From Deltaproteobacteria bacterium (GTDB taxonomy: Bacteria > Desulfobacterota_D > UBA1144 > Nemesobacterales > CSP1-2), in the NCBI GenBank assembly GCA_052390235.1, contig JBQTHB010000002.1, forward strand, positions 416,001 to 480,000: DNA of 64,000 nt, given 5' to 3'. Below, one piece after another: positions 62,950 through 64,000 of this stretch. Within the stretch, counting starts at the first letter, position 1; each line of letters opens with the position of its first letter. The translations under genes were made by a program, and so were the position numbers. The notes under the pieces are model-generated. The model was not told the origin of the DNA. It searched no databases and worked only from the letters and a program-made list of their open reading frames with translations.

Positions 62950-63645
62950 TCACGGCAGGTATCGCGCGGGGTCAACAGGCGCTCCGCCCAGCCTCAGCTC
63001 AAAATGCAGGTGAGAGCCTGTAGCCCTGCCGCTGCTGCCGACCTCGGCTATGACCTCTCCGGCCCTTACGCACTCTCCCGTGCTCACACGGTTTCGCCTG
63101 TTGTGGGCGTAAACTGTCCTCATTCCCCCGCCGTGTTCAATCTCGATGATTCTCCCGTAGCCGGAATACCCGTCGAGACTGCGCGCGCTGACTACGACCA
63201 GCCCCGCCGCCGCCGCTTTTATCAGCGCCCCCTCCCGCGCCGGAATGTCAATTCCCGTGTGCTGGGCGCCGCCCCTGCGTCCGAAGCCGGATGAAATCCT
63301 CCCCTCAAGCGGGCGTATTAGCTTCGATGCGCCGCCGCTCTGGGAGATTGCCAGTCTCTGTCCAACTTCGATGCGCGCAGCATCGGCGATGTCGTTCAGA
63401 CGCGCAATCTCCTCAATTGTTACGCCGTAGTTTACAGAGATTCTATAGAGGGTTTCTCCCGCGCGGACTGTGTGATAAATCCCATCCGAGGGGCGGCTTT
63501 TTCCGACGCACCTCGCCAAATCTCCTGCAATCTGGGATTTCTCTATAACCGAGGGCTTAGTCGAGCAGGCTAGAGCCACGGCGTGCGCAAGCGAGACTAT
63601 AAGCCAAATCCACCGCCTCTTCGGGAGTTTGAGCCATTTTAATAT
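62950..63645 (-). CDS. LysM + peptidase M23 lipoprotein (NlpD-like)
   Basis: LysM YHTVRAGETLYRIS; M23 HTGIDI and HLHFE; complete signal/lipobox only if translation starts at ATA 63645 (track start GTG 63579). Confidence 0.85.
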   Translation of the reverse strand: MLKWLKLPKRRWIWLIVSLAHAVALACSTKPSVIEKSQIAGDLARCVGKSRPSDGIYHTVRAGETLYRISVNYGVTIEEIARLNDIADAARIEVGQRLAISQSGGASKLIRPLEGRISSGFGRRGGAQHTGIDIPAREGALIKAAAAGLVVVSARSLDGYSGYGRIIEIEHGGGMRTVYAHNRRNRVSTGECVRAGEVIAEVGSSGRATGSHLHFELRLGGAPVDPARYLP

Positions 63646-64000
63646 CCGATGACACCTCCCATGTTTTTATCCCTACGACAGGAATTCTGAGCTTCATAGC
63701 AAAAGCGATTTCGGATAGCGTTCCCCAGCTTCCGCCGACGGCAACGAGGGCGTCGCAGGAGCGGACGATAATAACGTTTCGGGCGTGGCTCATCGCCGTA
63801 ACAACGGGGATGTCAACATAGCGATTAGCCCCCGCTTTGCTCCCTCCGGGGATAATGCCGACTGTAATGCCTCCTTGGCTTTTAGCCCCTCTACACGCCG
63901 CCAGCATGACCCCGCCGAGGCCGCCGGATATGAGAACGCACCCTCTTTTGGCTATCTCACTGCCCACTTCTTCGGCAGTGGACAGCTCTTCGGGGGAGGC
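63557..64000 (-). CDS. LOG/SLOG family protein (TIGR00725-like), 5' end outside the window
   Basis: SGGLGGVM, GIIPG, ARNVIIV, GGSWGTLSEIAFA; frame is open to the window edge. Confidence 0.85.
   Translation of the reverse strand, partial: ASPEELSTAEEVGSEIAKRGCVLISGGLGGVMLAACRGAKSQGGITVGIIPGGSKAGANRYVDIPVVTAMSHARNVIIVRSCDALVAVGGSWGTLSEIAFAMKLRIPVVGIKTWEVSSDIKMAQTPEEAVDLAYSLACARRGSSLLD

Overview
Gene-dense bacterial chromosomal window with AT-rich intergenic patches. Gene content looks deltaproteobacteria-like, possibly Ca. Dadabacteria; that taxonomy is an impression, not something the sequence proves. I found no rRNA, tRNA, CRISPR array or mobile element. From left to right: two paralogous secreted Gly/Leu-rich prepropeptides, an alternative sigma-70 factor, nth, an isolated nuoJKL, gltX, a sigma-54 two-component pair, pheT-ihfA-DUF502-tilS, TetR plus a tandem AhpD protein, a DUF262 protein with a degenerate HNH region, a GAF-GAF/NarL pair, czcD, sbcD, prfB with a CTT-TAA-C frameshift site, nadK, fmt, a CARDB lipoprotein, and rimO with a ClpX-like ATPase. 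A ~20 kb nitrogen cluster follows: the ATP-grasp/alpha-E/Anbu/transglutaminase operon, gltBD, a lipoprotein truncated haemoglobin, ntrBC and glnB-glnA. The window ends with purF, purL, a LysM-M23 protein and a LOG-like gene. Best leads: (1) the Anbu operon and glnB-glnA share a sigma-54 promoter and a near-identical NtrC-type palindrome, and a zinc-finger-less ClpX-like ATPase is transcribed divergently from the Anbu operon; (2) the pair of Sec-signal + conserved pro-region + (GGLL)n peptides; (3) the UAA-type RF2 frameshift; (4) several apparently leaderless housekeeping genes and one probable ATA start codon.
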